A DNA stretch of 64,000 bases from contig NC_135769.1 of NCBI RefSeq assembly GCF_052425735.1, positions 26,226,001-26,290,000 of the forward strand, in the 5' to 3' direction. A program made the position numbers and the translations under genes. The DNA comes from Oculina patagonica. Its lineage: Eukaryota. Below, piece after piece: positions 34,416-47,721 of this stretch (positions are counted from its first letter, which is position 1; each line of letters begins with the position of its first letter). The notes under the pieces were generated by a model that was given only the letters and a program-made list of their open reading frames with translations, was not told the DNA's origin and made no database searches.

Positions 34416-35333
34416 AGAAACGTGGAAGTTTGTATGGCCTACTGTTTATCACAGCCGTCTGCTAGAGTGGCTTTTTTAGGCCGTATCTCGCACTGTAGGT
34501 TTCGGTCACGGATTCCAAAAAACGTGATCAGGTGGCGACGATTTTTCAAATTCTGTACCGTAGAAATGCATATCGTATGATGCAAATAACTGCGAAAACA
34601 AATCTAAAAAGCGCATCAAACTACGGTCTCGATGCCCTTACAAAATAGTATTGTATAAATTAGAAAAATTAAGAAGTTTAAAATCTCAAAGTTCAACATT
34701 TTAAAGGTGACACTGAAAAAGCTATATAAAATAACAAAAGTGAAGAAATTATTGTTTTACTGCCAATGAGTCATTGAGTCCCTTTCCTTCCTTGAACTTA
34801 TCTGGACGTTTTTCCAAATTTAAATCAGGGTGTAGCTAGAGAATAAGCTCTGCCTCCGAAAGTGTCTGTTTCATCTTGGGACGGAGAAACGTTCATTGAA
34901 CGTGTCAATGTACGGTTTGGATGAAGCAAATCGAGTTACTGAGATAACTATATAGATGGCTGCGCGAGTGCGTTGAGTTGTATGTGGCGACAACTAATGC
35001 AAGGAGTAACGTTACTTCTTCTGGATGAAGAGCTAGTTGATGTCATCAGCAAAGTTGACAGGTAAGCGAGACAATTTAATGTGTTGGTTAGGTTACTAAT
35101 CGTGTTAACGAAATAAGTATGTTGGCGCCGTTTTCCCGTAAAGTTTTTTTATTAAATACTTTATTAGTGTTAGTACGTATTTATTCGATTAAGCGCCCAA
35201 CCTCGAATAAGCGCCCCCCTCGAATAAGCGCCCACCCTGAAGGTAAGAAAATTTTAACCCCCCCCTCGATAGCCCCCCCCCCCCCCCCTCCAAAATTGGT
35301 TTTTTTTTTTTTATTTTTTTTTTAAAATTTAAA

Positions 35334-35383
<50 letters not shown>

Positions 35384-36661
35384 AAACCCCCCCCAACCCC
35401 CCCCCACAAAAAAAAAAAAAACCCCCCCGCGCCAAAAAAAAATTACAACAAACAGTAACTGAAGACTATACAAAGTACGTCTAAAAGAAGCGTTTTACAA
35501 GATAATATGAAGTATATACGTGGGTTAGAGTTGATTTTACGTACAGCGCATATATTTATTATCATACTTATTTTCAAGGGCAAAAACCCGTTTGCTCGTT
35601 AAGTAGTATAAGGCACCTATCTAGTTACCTCCCCTGGATGAGAGCTAGTCGAAAGCATCAGGACTTTTGACAAGTTACCGAGACAATTTAATGTGTTGGT
35701 ATTTATCGTGTACCTTATTACATGAAATTTTCGCGACACGTTAATTTCGCGAATTTCGCGATTCCAAAAAAATCGCGAAATTAAAGTGACGGGAACAATA
35801 AATGTCGCGAACATAACATAACGCGAAAATTGAATGACTTACATTAAATCAACTGATCAAGAAAAATAAGTTTACTACCCATGAAGGAAGGAATTTTCAA
35901 CGTATTCAACTCATGCACGTACAAGCATGACGGCTACTTGTAGACATTGTGAGAACTGCTCTGTTGTTGCTATTGCGACAGTTGTGTTGTTAATTTGACG
36001 TTACGGTTCCTTTGATGAAGTCGTTTTATTTAATTCAAGGGCATGTTCATTCGGCATGTTAAATAATGTAGCCAAGGAAAAGTAAATTTTGTCTTACGCA
36101 AAATCGCGAAATTTACGTGTCGCGAATTATGCGCACCTTAAAGTATTGGACGACTACCTAGGATTAACATTGCTTCCCTGGATGGGGAGCTAGTCGATAG
36201 CATCAGGAGTAATTACAGGTTGACAAGACAATTCTTTTCTGTTGGTATCAATTCATTCTCTTGGAACGCAGTTTATATCCTGGGTTCCAGACCCTGGGTT
36301 CAAGTCTCTGTCAAGTTTGACAAAAAAGTTCAAGTTACACAATATAAGCAACGTGAGCTAAAACGTCTGCAAACGAAATAGGCCGACTTATCTTAGCCAG
36401 GGTCGAACTTAGAATTTGGGACACTTACTGAAATGCAAAAATCGTTAGGCTACAACGTCTCACACAAAGTATAAAGTTCATGGTGAATTACCAAGCTAGT
36501 CCATAACAGACTGGGCAGCATATTTGTCCTCATATCAATAATAGAACGCAGCTCACTGAAAGTGGTCGCTGGTTGCCAGTGTCTTCACCTCGGATACGGC
36601 CTTTGCATGGCGGGAATCCAAGGTATGCAAACAGATCCCTGTTCGTAGCCTACCAGTGTAG

Positions 36662-38896
36662 TCACAAGATAAAACATTTGTAGCATTTGCGTTGCCTTCG
36701 CACCTTCAAAGATGCCTGTTTTGTATTCTCTGCTTCTAAGCGCAACGAGGACAAGTCGAGCGAACATTGGGCAGAAGAAGATGTTATTTCCGCCTGTTTT
36801 TTATTCTCTGCTTGTAAGCGCAACGAGGACACGTCGCGCGAAGATTGAACGGAAGGAGATGTCATTTTCGCCTGTTTTGTATTCTCTGCTTGTAAGCGCA
36901 ACGAAGACAAGTCGCGCGAAGATTGAGTGGAAGGAGATGTCATTTCCGCCTGTTTTGTATTCTCTGCTTGTAAGCGCGACGAGGACAAGTGGCGCGAAGA
37001 CTGGGCGGAAGGAGATGTCGTTTCTCGCGTGGCCTCTTTCTTTGGTTCATTATTGAAGAATCCTTTGAGAACTTTTATTGAACAATAGGTCCAATTGTTA
37101 TAAAAACTATCCACCAAGGTGACAGGTATTTCAGTTTTCTGGTTCCATTCATTTTTGTCAGGGTCATAGCATTTGACTTTTATTCGGTGTTGAACTTTTC
37201 TTTCACGAACTTTTACGTTTACCACTTTCGCCAAAACATATAGCCTGTCGTCAACTGACAGGAGTTTGCGTTCCGAATTAGGATTAAAACCATCAGGCGT
37301 TGATACAAACTGCCATTCATTTGTTGTTTCAATAAACACTTCACATTTGAAAAAGGTGCCACCAGCAATGAAAATTTTTCCATGCGCTACAGCACCGGTA
37401 ATATTATCCCTTGCAATCTGAATGTCAGCTACTTTGTCCCACTGGTATTTGCGAAGATCATACCTCTCAACAATAGTGAGGTAGTTGTACTGGTTGTATC
37501 CTGAATCCCAACCACGCCGGCGATGCCATTCTGCGCCGCCAATAAAGTAAACAAAATTGTCCTTGGCTACAATGCAAACATTTTCCCTTAAATTCATGTG
37601 ATCAATTGATGCAATGTCTTCTCATGAGTTTGATTCCGGTTTGTACTTCGTGATTAAGGAAACATGTTTTACCCTGTCGCAGGGAAACACGAAATCCATC
37701 TCCACTGTCCATGGTCTCACTGCGTGGTACGCGCATGCTAAAGATACGTAAGCGTACATTTCATTTCCATTCACAACAAATATTTGCTCCAAGACTCTGT
37801 CTTCTTTGCATTGTAATGGCATCCAATTGTTGGTGTATGGATCGAAACTCGCCATTTCGCATCGGTCGAAAGAGGATCCAGGCCTCAAACCGTAGATTTT
37901 ACCATGACAAGGGATAAAATGGCTATTCACGAAATCAAATGCCATCTCGCCTAAAGTGCCACACCGATCCTCGCGAGGAAAATAACAGTGAATAGGATGA
38001 CCCTTGTATGGCCTACAGGCTACTATAACGGGGATCCAAAGGCACTTTCTAGGGGTGACTGGGAGATTGCCGTAGTTTGAAGACTCCATCATTAAACTCA
38101 TAGCCGCGTCCGCCACGCGTACAAGAGCCAAACAATCCTCATCGTCATTCACAAGGTCATTTGTCGCGATATTACTCCATAGAAAGTCACGCGATACATA
38201 AACCAGTCGAACTTGACGAAATAACTCGGGGAAGTATTTCTTTCGCTTACGTTTGTCATGATCAGTCCATGCTAGAATGATGTTGAACACGTCTTCTTCG
38301 GCGGTAACATTAATCTCATCACTTGAAATCCACATTCGGATTTCTTTACTCGACATTTGCAGAATTTCTTCGCGGCTGGCTTCGTATACGGCGCTGAAAT
38401 TGGCCAGGATGAACTTTGTGGTGTTGGAGAAAAGTTCTGTGCACTGATATCTTTTGGAAAAGTAGTGAATAGAAATGCAATTTAAAGTGTTTAACTTCTG
38501 TACTAAAACTCCGTCAGCGAGAGTTTTTAAGTTTTTAAGAAACAAATAATCGGCCATGACGATCAGATCTCGGGCATTGTCTTCAGTCAATATCTGAACA
38601 TTACCGGTGTAGATAAACTCCAGTGTATTTCCCACAACGGACTCGGAAAACGTCTCCAGCCGAACTACTCCCTCTTTTGACTCTTTCATGTCGCTGCTCA
38701 GCAGCTTTTCGAAGAAAGGACTTGCCTCTGAAAGAACTTGTCTGTGAGCTTTGAATTCTTTGCCACCTTTGACTACCAAAACAACGTCGCATGGCTGATC
38801 GAGTGTGTCTTTTGGCATAAAGACTTCATTGACTTCACTGAAAGCATCTTTACTTGGAGAAGCATGCTCAGTAGCAGGTTGAAGCAAAGTTGCCAT
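36662..38896 (-). pseudogene. K5: KLHL gene with a single in-frame nonsense codon (TGG>TGA at 37622-37624), 4 linker repeats, ends RRQRKCYKCFIL
   Basis: ORFs 37622-38929 and 36662-37597 are in the same frame; paralogues have W in PESNSWED. Confidence 0.9.
36710..37024 (-). repeat. 78-bp coding minisatellite, 4 copies (K5)
   Basis: Four EMTSPSAQSSRDLSSLRLQAENTKQA-type units in ORF 36662-37597. Confidence 0.92.
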
Positions 38897-39435
38897 GTTT
38901 ATATATGCCAAAATGATCTTTGCTCTCAAAGTCTTTTGATTAAAACGTTCATGGCTTCGCCACTACACAGGGCTGTGTGCGAAAATACACGCTGATGAAC
39001 AAAATATTCTTCGAGCGCGAAAATAACATGGCATGAGTAATCGAGTGTGTCTTTTAACATAAAGACGTCACTGAAAATTATTTACTATGTCGAAACATGC
39101 CAGAAGCATGCTCATTGTCACGTTAGGAAGTTATGGGTGACTGCATGCGTGCACATTGGAACTGGATCTGTGTCTACCAGATACTTTTACATGGCGTCAG
39201 ATGTTGGCTGTTTTCCATTTACAAAAAAATACCAATACCGTTAAGTCAGGTTGGGATATAAACGTAAATGGAACACGGTTCGTTCCACTGGAAAATTTCT
39301 TAAACAACATCTAACGCCATGGAAAAGTATCTGGTTCACCCATAACTTCTAACGTGACAATGAGCATGCTTGTGGCATGTTAAGACAAAGTAAATAGTTT
39401 TAAGTGACTTCTTTATGTTAAAGACACACTCGATA

Positions 39436-41429
39436 AATATTTCCCCGAGTCATTTCGTCACGTTCGACTGATTTATGTATCGCGTGATTTTCTTTGCAGT
39501 GATGTCGTGACAAATGATCACGTGAAAGACAATGAAGGTTGTTTGGGTCTTGTGGAGGATCAGGACGCTATGAGGTTGATTGAGTCTAGAAACTACGACA
39601 ATCTCCCAGTCATCCCTAGAAAGTGCCTTGAAGTCCCTGTTATTGTAGCCTGTAGTCCATTAAATGGTCAGCATATTCACTGTTATTTTCCTCGCGAGGA
39701 TCGGTGGTACAGTTTAGGCGAGATGCAACTCTCTTTCGAGGGTAGCTATCTTGTCTCTTGTCATGGGAAAATCTACGGTATACACAATACATCTCCTTAC
39801 CACCGATGCCGAATAGTTCTTTTCAATCCATACACTAGAAATTGGATGTTATTACCATGCAAAGAAGACAGAGACTTAAATCAAATATTTGTTGCAAATG
39901 AAGATGAAATGTACGCCTTTGTGTCTGAACCATGTGAGTACCATGGACGGCGGCCGGGCCTGGGCCGCCCTTTCGACACGAGATAGAGTTCTGTGGCAAG
40001 GAGAAACATGTTTCCTTTATCACGAAGTACAAACCCGAATCAAACTCATGGGAAGACATTTCATCATTTGATCACATGAATTTAAGGAAAAATGTTTGCA
40101 TTGTAGCCAAGGACAATTTTATTTACTTTATTGGCGGTACAGAATGGCGTGGCACAAGGTACACCTTCCTCACTGATGTTGAGAGGTATGATCTTCGCAA
40201 AAACAACTCAAGTGAATTAAGGAATGGGTCAAGCTAAATTTTGGAGGAGGGGTGGTCTAATCTAAAAGTTATTTAAGTTTTCGCTTATAAACTTGCATAA
40301 AGTGAAATGTTTGTACGAAATGTTTCAGTTTTTGGTTTAAAAGTTATTCCTGCTTGGTCACGTGACATACGACACCCAATTATTGATATAAATTTCAAAC
40401 CAAATTTACGAGAACTTGCAAATATAACGATTGACTAATTTTGATTTCTGCGAATGGCTGTAACTACCAAGTATAGAGAAATAATCGGGGATTTACAAAT
40501 TCAATTCTTTTGTTTCAATTACAACGTCTTTTCTTTGGAGAGGGACTGGGACTAGGCAAAAATAGGAAATATTGAAGAAATAATAAACATTTTTCAGAAT
40601 CCCCGTTTAGCCGGACGTTTGACTAGGTGAGGTAAAGGTTTTGAGAGAAAACACGAGAGTTTTCTTGTACATTTACTTCCCGTAACTTAAATGCACATAT
40701 TTTTTACAATTGTGGGCGTGGTCAGTCACGTGACCACTTAGAGCTGAGCCAATCATTAGAAAATTTCATTTTATATATAATCAAACAAAAAGAAGCAACG
40801 TTTTTAAGGAAAAGAACAAATCAAGAAGAATTGACCAAGACGTCGCATGAAAACAAGAACCATGCCTTAATTCACATGAGAAGTGGGACAAAATAGCTGA
40901 CATTCAAATTGCAAGGAGCTCTGCTACCGGTGCTGCGGCGAACGGAAAAATTTTCATTGCTGGTGGTGACGCAAATCTCACGGGATGCTGTCCGGAAAAA
41001 TGGCAATGTGAAGTGTTCATTGAAACAACAAATGAATGGCAGTTTATTCCAACGTTTGGTCTACATCCTAAGTCGAGACCCAAACTCGTGTCCGTTGACG
41101 ACAGGCTGTATGTTCTGGCCAAGTGGGCAAACATTTATGCCATCAGCAAATCAGATCAATACCAGAAAAATGTCAAATGCTATGACCCTGACAAAAATAA
41201 ATGGAACCAGAAAACTAAAATACCTGCCAAAATGAGATCTGCATTTAATTCTTGTTCAATGAGGATTTTCAAAGGATTCCTCTATAATGAAGGAGAGGAA
41301 GAGGGCACGCGGGATTCGACATCTCCTTCCGCCCGGTCTGCGCGCGTCTTGTCATCGTCGCCCTTAAAGGAGAATTGAAAACAAGCCTGTCTAAAGAAGA
41401 GAAAGCAGCGCAAATGCTTCATCTTGTGA
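39436..41429 (+). pseudogene. K6: KLHL pseudogene lacking the start codon, BTB and most of BACK; frameshift ~39980, MITE insertion, stop at 41376
   Basis: Leader gacacactcgat is fused directly to aaatatttccccgag (KYFPE). Kelch fragments in ORFs 39507-39986 and 41013-41378; cryptic KKRKQRKCFIL. Confidence 0.9.
40207..40880. mobile_element. Non-autonomous TIR element with 2-bp TSD (EnSpm/CMC-like)
   Basis: TIR ctcaagtgaattaaggaatgg / ccatgccttaattcacatgag; AA duplicated; removal restores RKNKWD. Confidence 0.85.
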
Positions 41430-41535
41430 CCAAGCTGGTAGCCTGCTTGCATGGAATCCGTATGCGTTTCGTGAACACCCGCCTCGCAAAGGCCGCATCC
41501 AAGGTGAAGACATTGACAATCAGCGACCACTTTCA

Positions 41536-41548
41536 TAATAATAATAAC

Positions 41549-41613
<65 letters not shown>

Positions 41614-43415
41614 GACTATATTTAACGAAGGTAACATAGTTTACTGGTGACCCAGTAGTTTACAATATGGCCCTCCCTAATTAACTACATATTATATACT
41701 TAACTACATATTATATAAACCTAACTACATATTATATACTTAAGTAATAAAAATTTGAACTTAATTTAATACAATAAGAACTAAAAAGTGCTGCTGATTT
41801 TAAAATGTTTTAGTCCAGCATTTTGTTTTAGTAGCCTTTGGTGTAGTTTTCTTGTAAACTGTTTGCGCGATGTAGCATTACGAATGGAAACCTCAACATT
41901 GTTCCAGAGGCGGGTTGCGCTAGTGTGAAAGGTTCTGCAACCCGAAATTCTTTTGTATTTAGAAAGAACTAGGTTATTCTTTGTTGTAGCTTTAGTGTTG
42001 TAGCTATGAGTGTCCTTTAGATAATGTATATATGGAATGAAATAATCTGGACAGTGACCAAAGCTAATCTTATGTAATAGATAAAGCTTTCTGCTACGTA
42101 TAATATTGTCTATGGGGAGCCATCCTAATTTAGTAAATAATTTCACAGAGTCATCAGAGAACTTAGCATCAAGTATTAATCGCGCACACCGTTTTTGGAT
42201 TCTTAGTAGTCTTATTAAATTCTCATTAGAGCAATAACCCCAGACAGTGCAACAGTACTCTAGGATAGGCTTGATTATGCATTATAAAGCAACTTCCTAC
42301 AATGAAGCAACTTCCTACAATGAGTTGTTAAATAACATCTTGCACACTTTAAGAGACAAATTCTGGACTTTAGTTTACTAATTAGATAGTCAATGTGTTT
42401 GTCCAATTTTAAATGTTTATCAATCTTTACTCCAGGAATCTTTTCATCAGTAGGCTTCGTCTAGCCTGGTGTTGTTCAGGAACAGATCCAAAGAGTCTTT
42501 GTCTGCATGACAGACCTTCTGGGCTGTACCAATTAGTAGCTGTTTGGTCTTTGTTGTGTTTGGCATCATACCATTAGCTTTGAACCACTTTCCTGCACTA
42601 TCCAATGTATCCTGTAATTTCTGTTGGATCTCCTCACAAGTATTACCACTTGACCAGATTGTTGTGTCGTCTGCGTAGATATCTACTTCGGCTTTCTTAA
42701 GTGATAGTGGTAGGTCGTTGATGTAGATGGAGAAGAGAGAAGGCCCTAATATGGACCCTTGTGGGACCCCTAGTTTGAGTTCTAGAGGGCTGGACAATGA
42801 ATGACATGGAGCATTGCTGTGAGCGGTTACAGAGGTATGAAGTGAACCATTCTAGGGCTTTAGAGCTTATATGGTATTTAGCAAGCTTGGATCGAAGAAT
42901 ATCGTGATTAACTAGGTCAAAGGCCTTACTTTAAGGTCCATAAAGACAGTTTCAACAAGTTTACTATTATCCATTTCTTTGAGCCATTTGTCGGTGATGT
43001 TAAGAAGAGCAGTTTCACAGGAGTGATTGGCTCTATAAGCTGATTGGTTGATGTAAAGCAGCTTATTGGTTTTCAAGTGTTCGTGGAATGCTAGTGATAC
43101 ATGTCTTTCGAGAGGTTTCGAGAGTATCGGCAGGACCGAGATTGGACGAAAGTTGCCTCTTTGGTGAGCTGAATCTTTTTTGTGAACAGGAGTTACTTTG
43201 GCTTTTTTAAAAGCATCCGAGAAGATACCACTTGAAATACTTGCATTATAGATGTTTTCAAGACTTGGAGATATCGCTGGCAAGGCTGACTTTAGTAGGC
43301 GGATACTTATTTCATCCAGACCAGTTGCTTTGTTGAGTGAGACCTTTCTGAGGTCCTGTTCTATAATATTCCTGGTGATAGGTGGTATTTCAAAGGGAGG
43401 TGGTGTATTGAATGA
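41536..43415 (-). mobile_element. 5'-truncated CR1/L2-group LINE with (TTA)n tail
   Basis: RT motifs KATGLD, FRPISVLP, QSAYR..HSCETAL, GVPQGSILGP, YADDT; (AAT)n at 41536-41613; TTCA duplicated at both ends within the K6 3' flank; frameshifted. Confidence 0.92.
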
Positions 43416-45783
43416 TTCAGTGAGCTGCATCCTAATATTGATATGAGGACAAATCAGACCCTGCTTAGTGTGTTACGGACTAGCGTGATAAATCACAGTA
43501 AACGTTCAGTTTTACATTTTGTGATACATTGCATTGCAGTTAAAAATTCTGGGTTGGAGCCTGACTAAGATTAGTCGGCCTACTTCGTTTGCAGACGTTT
43601 TAGCCCACAATCCTTATACTATGCATCCTACGGTCAGCTTTTCTTCTGTTGTTTGTTTGTTTTTATTTGTTTGGGTTTTTTTTGTCAATCAAACTTCACC
43701 GAGACTGGAAGCTGCGTAAGACAAGCCTTCGGCACCCAGGGTATAGACTGTGTTTCAAGAGGATAAATTGGTACCAGCACATTTAACTGCCTCGCTAACC
43801 TGCGTGTAAAAACTACGGATGCTATAGACTAGCTCCTCATCCAGGGAAAGTAGTGTTACTCCTAGGTTGACGCCTCATACTACTCATCAGACTTGCAGCG
43901 CCAACATACTTATTCAGTCAGTCGCTTGCATCATCCAAAGTATATATTGTATCAATAAAATGTATACTATATTATACTAACTTTACAGTGTATAGGTGTA
44001 TACTATACAAGCTATACACTGAATAAACGAACTTCTCTCCATCCGAAAATCAAACCCTGGCTGACAGTTTCGGGGGCAGGGCATATTCTGTAGCTTCACC
44101 TCGATTTATATTTTGAACAAAAATAATTTCCATTAAGTAATTCATTGCGTGTAAAGCTGAAGTTTTTCAATATGGCCAATAATTTGGTTAACGTTGTATA
44201 TTGTATATAGCTTTTTGTCACCTTTTTACGATTTAGATTTTTTACATTTTAAACATTTCAATTTTGAACTAATGTTTTATTTGTTACACGCATTGAGACT
44301 AACGTTTGATGAGTTTTCAAGACTTTGTCGAAACATGGTTCGCAAATGTGATTGTAGCGCAGATAGCTCACTACAGCCCATTTTCCGAAAAAAAAAAAAA
44401 ACATCATTTCAGTGTTGGCTGCCTCAAAGGGAACGTGGCTAATTTGCATTCAAACATGAAAACCATAATGGCGGCTGTCGTGAATACGGTCTATTTGAAC
44501 GCTGCCAAGGTTCGTCGCGTGATCTATTCTTGGGGAATCTGGGACCGAAACCACATCCACCACTGCCTTCAACAGACGTGTGTGGTTCATGGTTAATTAT
44601 AACTTCCACGTTTTTACAGCACTGCAAGCAAACTCGTCCTTTATATTTTGCATAAAAATAAAAATTGGCGACTGAACAGCCGCCGTAATACTAAAGTAGC
44701 GAGCCTCCAAAGGAAACAAACCTCCGAACATGTCTGAAAGTAGCGACCAACATACGGAGAAAGAACACAATTATAAGCATCATATCAGTTCTGACCATGA
44801 CTCTGAAGTGCGTCATTAAATTTTCAGAACTAAATATAAATAATTTTGGCATTACGAGTCGCAGCCTTATTAAAGATTGCTGATAATTCTCAACATATTA
44901 ATACAAGAAATTTATCCGCCAGAAGAACATTCTAACAGCAGGGGAAATTAAAAAATACCCTTCGCTATTTCCTTGCGCACATTTAAAGAAACGTATATTT
45001 TCGCTTCAGAAAAGCAAAATGTATATATTGGAAGGAACTAATATGCTAACTACTGCTTTCCCATTCGTACCAATCCAATGACTCGACAGCAGATACTTCA
45101 GGGTTATTTCTGACGCACATCATGAGTCAGCAATCGGAGTCATAATCAAAACAACTATATTGGTCCTTAGACATTTACATGGCAGCCTCATTAAAACTAT
45201 TTGATAAAATTCTAAATTGGCCATCTGTTTGTCTGGTTTTTCTGTTTTCGGCAAAACCGCTCAGATTCTCTAAAATAGAGAAGAACAACTCAGTGAGTTA
45301 CTCATTTCCTATCGTGTAAAGATTGGGAATTCTTTACTTAAAGAAATCAATTTAATTTACGCTGTATCGTCTCTTCAATTCAAGAAAACTTTAAGGTTCA
45401 GTAACCCAGAGACAATCAAACAACTGGGATTTCATGGTTCATTTCTCTAACTTTCTACTCATGACTTATCGATCGTGTGACTACTGTTTTAGCCTCTGTT
45501 TGGTAGCAGCAAAATAAAAGACTTCGTCATCAGAAAACTGAGGACTGTAAACCAAATCATTTGGCAAACAGAGATGACAGCCCTCCTAGTGCCTTTTCAA
45601 GATTATGGTCATCTTTCGACAAGTAAAGAAGATTCAGTGGTCTTCTTGCTAAAAGATGCGACGTTATTTTGGTAGTCGAACAATATTATGGTGTTGTGTG
45701 GTTCCGCTAGCTCTTGGCTCTCTGTGGCAGCAACGCCATAAACGTTGTCGCCAGAACTAAACAAATATCATTTTGACCAAAAG

Positions 45784-47721
45784 ATGGCTACAATGCCAAA
45801 ACCTGCAGACACTGCTAAGCATGCTACTCCAAGCAAAGAAGTTTCCAGCACAATCTTTTTCCCGAAAGACACACTCCATCAGCCATGCGACGTTGTTTTG
45901 GTTGTCGAAGATGGTAAAGAATTCAGAGCGCACAGACAAGTTCTTTCAGAGGCAAGTCCTTTCTTCCAAAAGCTGCTGAACAGCGACATGAAAGAATCTA
46001 AAGAAGGAATTGTTCGGCTGGAGATGTTTTCCGAGTCCGTTATGGGAAATACACTGGAGTTTATTTACGCTGGTAATGTTCAGATATTGACCGAGGACAG
46101 TGCCTGGGAACTAATCATTATGGCCGATTATTTATTCCTACAAAACTTAAAAACTCTCGCTGAGGGAGTTTTACTACAGAAGTTGGAAATTTCGAATTGT
46201 ATTTCTACTTACTACTTATCCGATAGATATCAATGTACAGAACTTTTTTCCAAGACCACAGAATTCATCCATGAAAATTTCAGCGACGTATGCGACATAT
46301 TCAAGGTTTTGAATATGACGAGCAAACAAATCCAAATGTGGATTTCAACAGATGAAATAAATGTTAACACCGAAGAAGATGTGTTCAAGATCATCCTTGC
46401 ATGGATTGATCATGACAAAGACAATCGAAAGAAATATTTTGCCGAGTTATTTCGTCAAGTTCGGCTGGTTTATGTATCGCGTGACTTTCTGTGCAATGAT
46501 ATCTCGACAAATGACCTCGTGAATGACAATGAGGACAGTCTGGCACTTGTGGAGGAAGCTATGAGGTTGTTTGAGTCTAGAAACTACGATAATCTCCCTG
46601 TCACCCCTAGAAAGTGCCTTGAGGTCCCCGTTATAGTGGCCAGTAGTCTATTAATGGGTCAACCGATTCGGTGTTATTTTCCTCGTGAGGATCGGTGGTA
46701 TACTTTAGGCGAGATGCCACTTTCTTTCAAGGTTAGCAATCTTGTCTCTTGTCGTGGGAAAATCTACGGTATACAGACTCGTTATAAACGTAATCACCGA
46801 ATGGTGAGTTTCAATCCATACACTAACAATTGGATGAGATTACCATACAAAGAACAAAGAGACTTAAAACAAATATTTGCTGCAAATGAAGACGAAATGT
46901 ATGCTTTAGTAACTGGACGGGCATGTAAGTGTCGTGGACTGCGGTCGGTAGAGACAGAGATAGAGCTCTGTGGCAAGGAGAAACATGTTTCCTTTATCAT
47001 AAAGTACAAACCCGAATCAAACTCATGGGAAGACATTTCATCTTTTGATCATTTGAATTTAAGGCAAGATGTTTGCATTGTAGCCAAAGGCAATTTTATT
47101 TACTTTATTGGCGGCAAAGAATGGCTTGATCCAGGTTACAAATTCCACACTGATGTTGATAGGTATGATCTTCGCAAAAACCAGTGGGACAAAGTAGCTG
47201 GCATTCAAATTGCGAGGAGCTGTGCTACCGGTGCTGTGGCGCACGGAAAAATTTTCATTGCTGGTGGCACTAATCTTAATGGAAACAGGCCGGAACTATT
47301 CCATTGTGAAATGTTTATTGAAACAACAAATGAATGGCAGTTTACTACAATAATTGGCGTACATCTTAGATCGAAACCCAAACTTCTGTCAGTTGACGAC
47401 AGACTCTATGTTCTGGCCAAAATGGCAAGCATTTCTGGCATGGAACCAGTTCGGAGAAAGGTCGATTGCTATGATCCTGAAGAAGATGAATGGGACCAGA
47501 AAACTGAAATTCCTCTCGTTTTGATGGATCATTTCCTTAACTATTGTTCAATAAAAATCTTCAAAGGATTTCTCAATAATGAACCAGAGAAAGAGGACAC
47601 ACAGGAATTGACATCTCCTTTTGCTCAATCTTCGCACGACTTGTCTTCATCGCCCTTACAAGACAATAGAAAACATGCCTCTCTAAAGAAGATAAGACAA
47701 CAGAATTGCTTCATCTTGTGA
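45784..47721 (+). CDS. K7: intact intronless BTB-BACK-Kelch protein (645 aa) ending KKIRQQNCFIL
   Basis: Uninterrupted ORF; ATG in the aagATGG context used by most paralogues. Confidence 0.95.
   Translation: MATMPKPADTAKHATPSKEVSSTIFFPKDTLHQPCDVVLVVEDGKEFRAHRQVLSEASPFFQKLLNSDMKESKEGIVRLEMFSESVMGNTLEFIYAGNVQILTEDSAWELIIMADYLFLQNLKTLAEGVLLQKLEISNCISTYYLSDRYQCTELFSKTTEFIHENFSDVCDIFKVLNMTSKQIQMWISTDEINVNTEEDVFKIILAWIDHDKDNRKKYFAELFRQVRLVYVSRDFLCNDISTNDLVNDNEDSLALVEEAMRLFESRNYDNLPVTPRKCLEVPVIVASSLLMGQPIRCYFPREDRWYTLGEMPLSFKVSNLVSCRGKIYGIQTRYKRNHRMVSFNPYTNNWMRLPYKEQRDLKQIFAANEDEMYALVTGRACKCRGLRSVETEIELCGKEKHVSFIIKYKPESNSWEDISSFDHLNLRQDVCIVAKGNFIYFIGGKEWLDPGYKFHTDVDRYDLRKNQWDKVAGIQIARSCATGAVAHGKIFIAGGTNLNGNRPELFHCEMFIETTNEWQFTTIIGVHLRSKPKLLSVDDRLYVLAKMASISGMEPVRRKVDCYDPEEDEWDQKTEIPLVLMDHFLNYCSIKIFKGFLNNEPEKEDTQELTSPFAQSSHDLSSSPLQDNRKHASLKKIRQQNCFIL

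Noticed and set aside
35250-35445. Long homopolymer block and Lys/Phe-rich ORFs
   Set aside because: Looks like low-quality consensus over a small insertion, since flank homology resumes in degraded form; likely a sequencing artefact.
37622-37624. Selenocysteine or readthrough at the in-frame TGA
   Set aside because: Paralogues have Trp rather than Cys, the context is TGA-G, and no SECIS was recognised.
41375-41650. Poly-Asn ORF
   Set aside because: Translation of the LINE (AAT)n tail.
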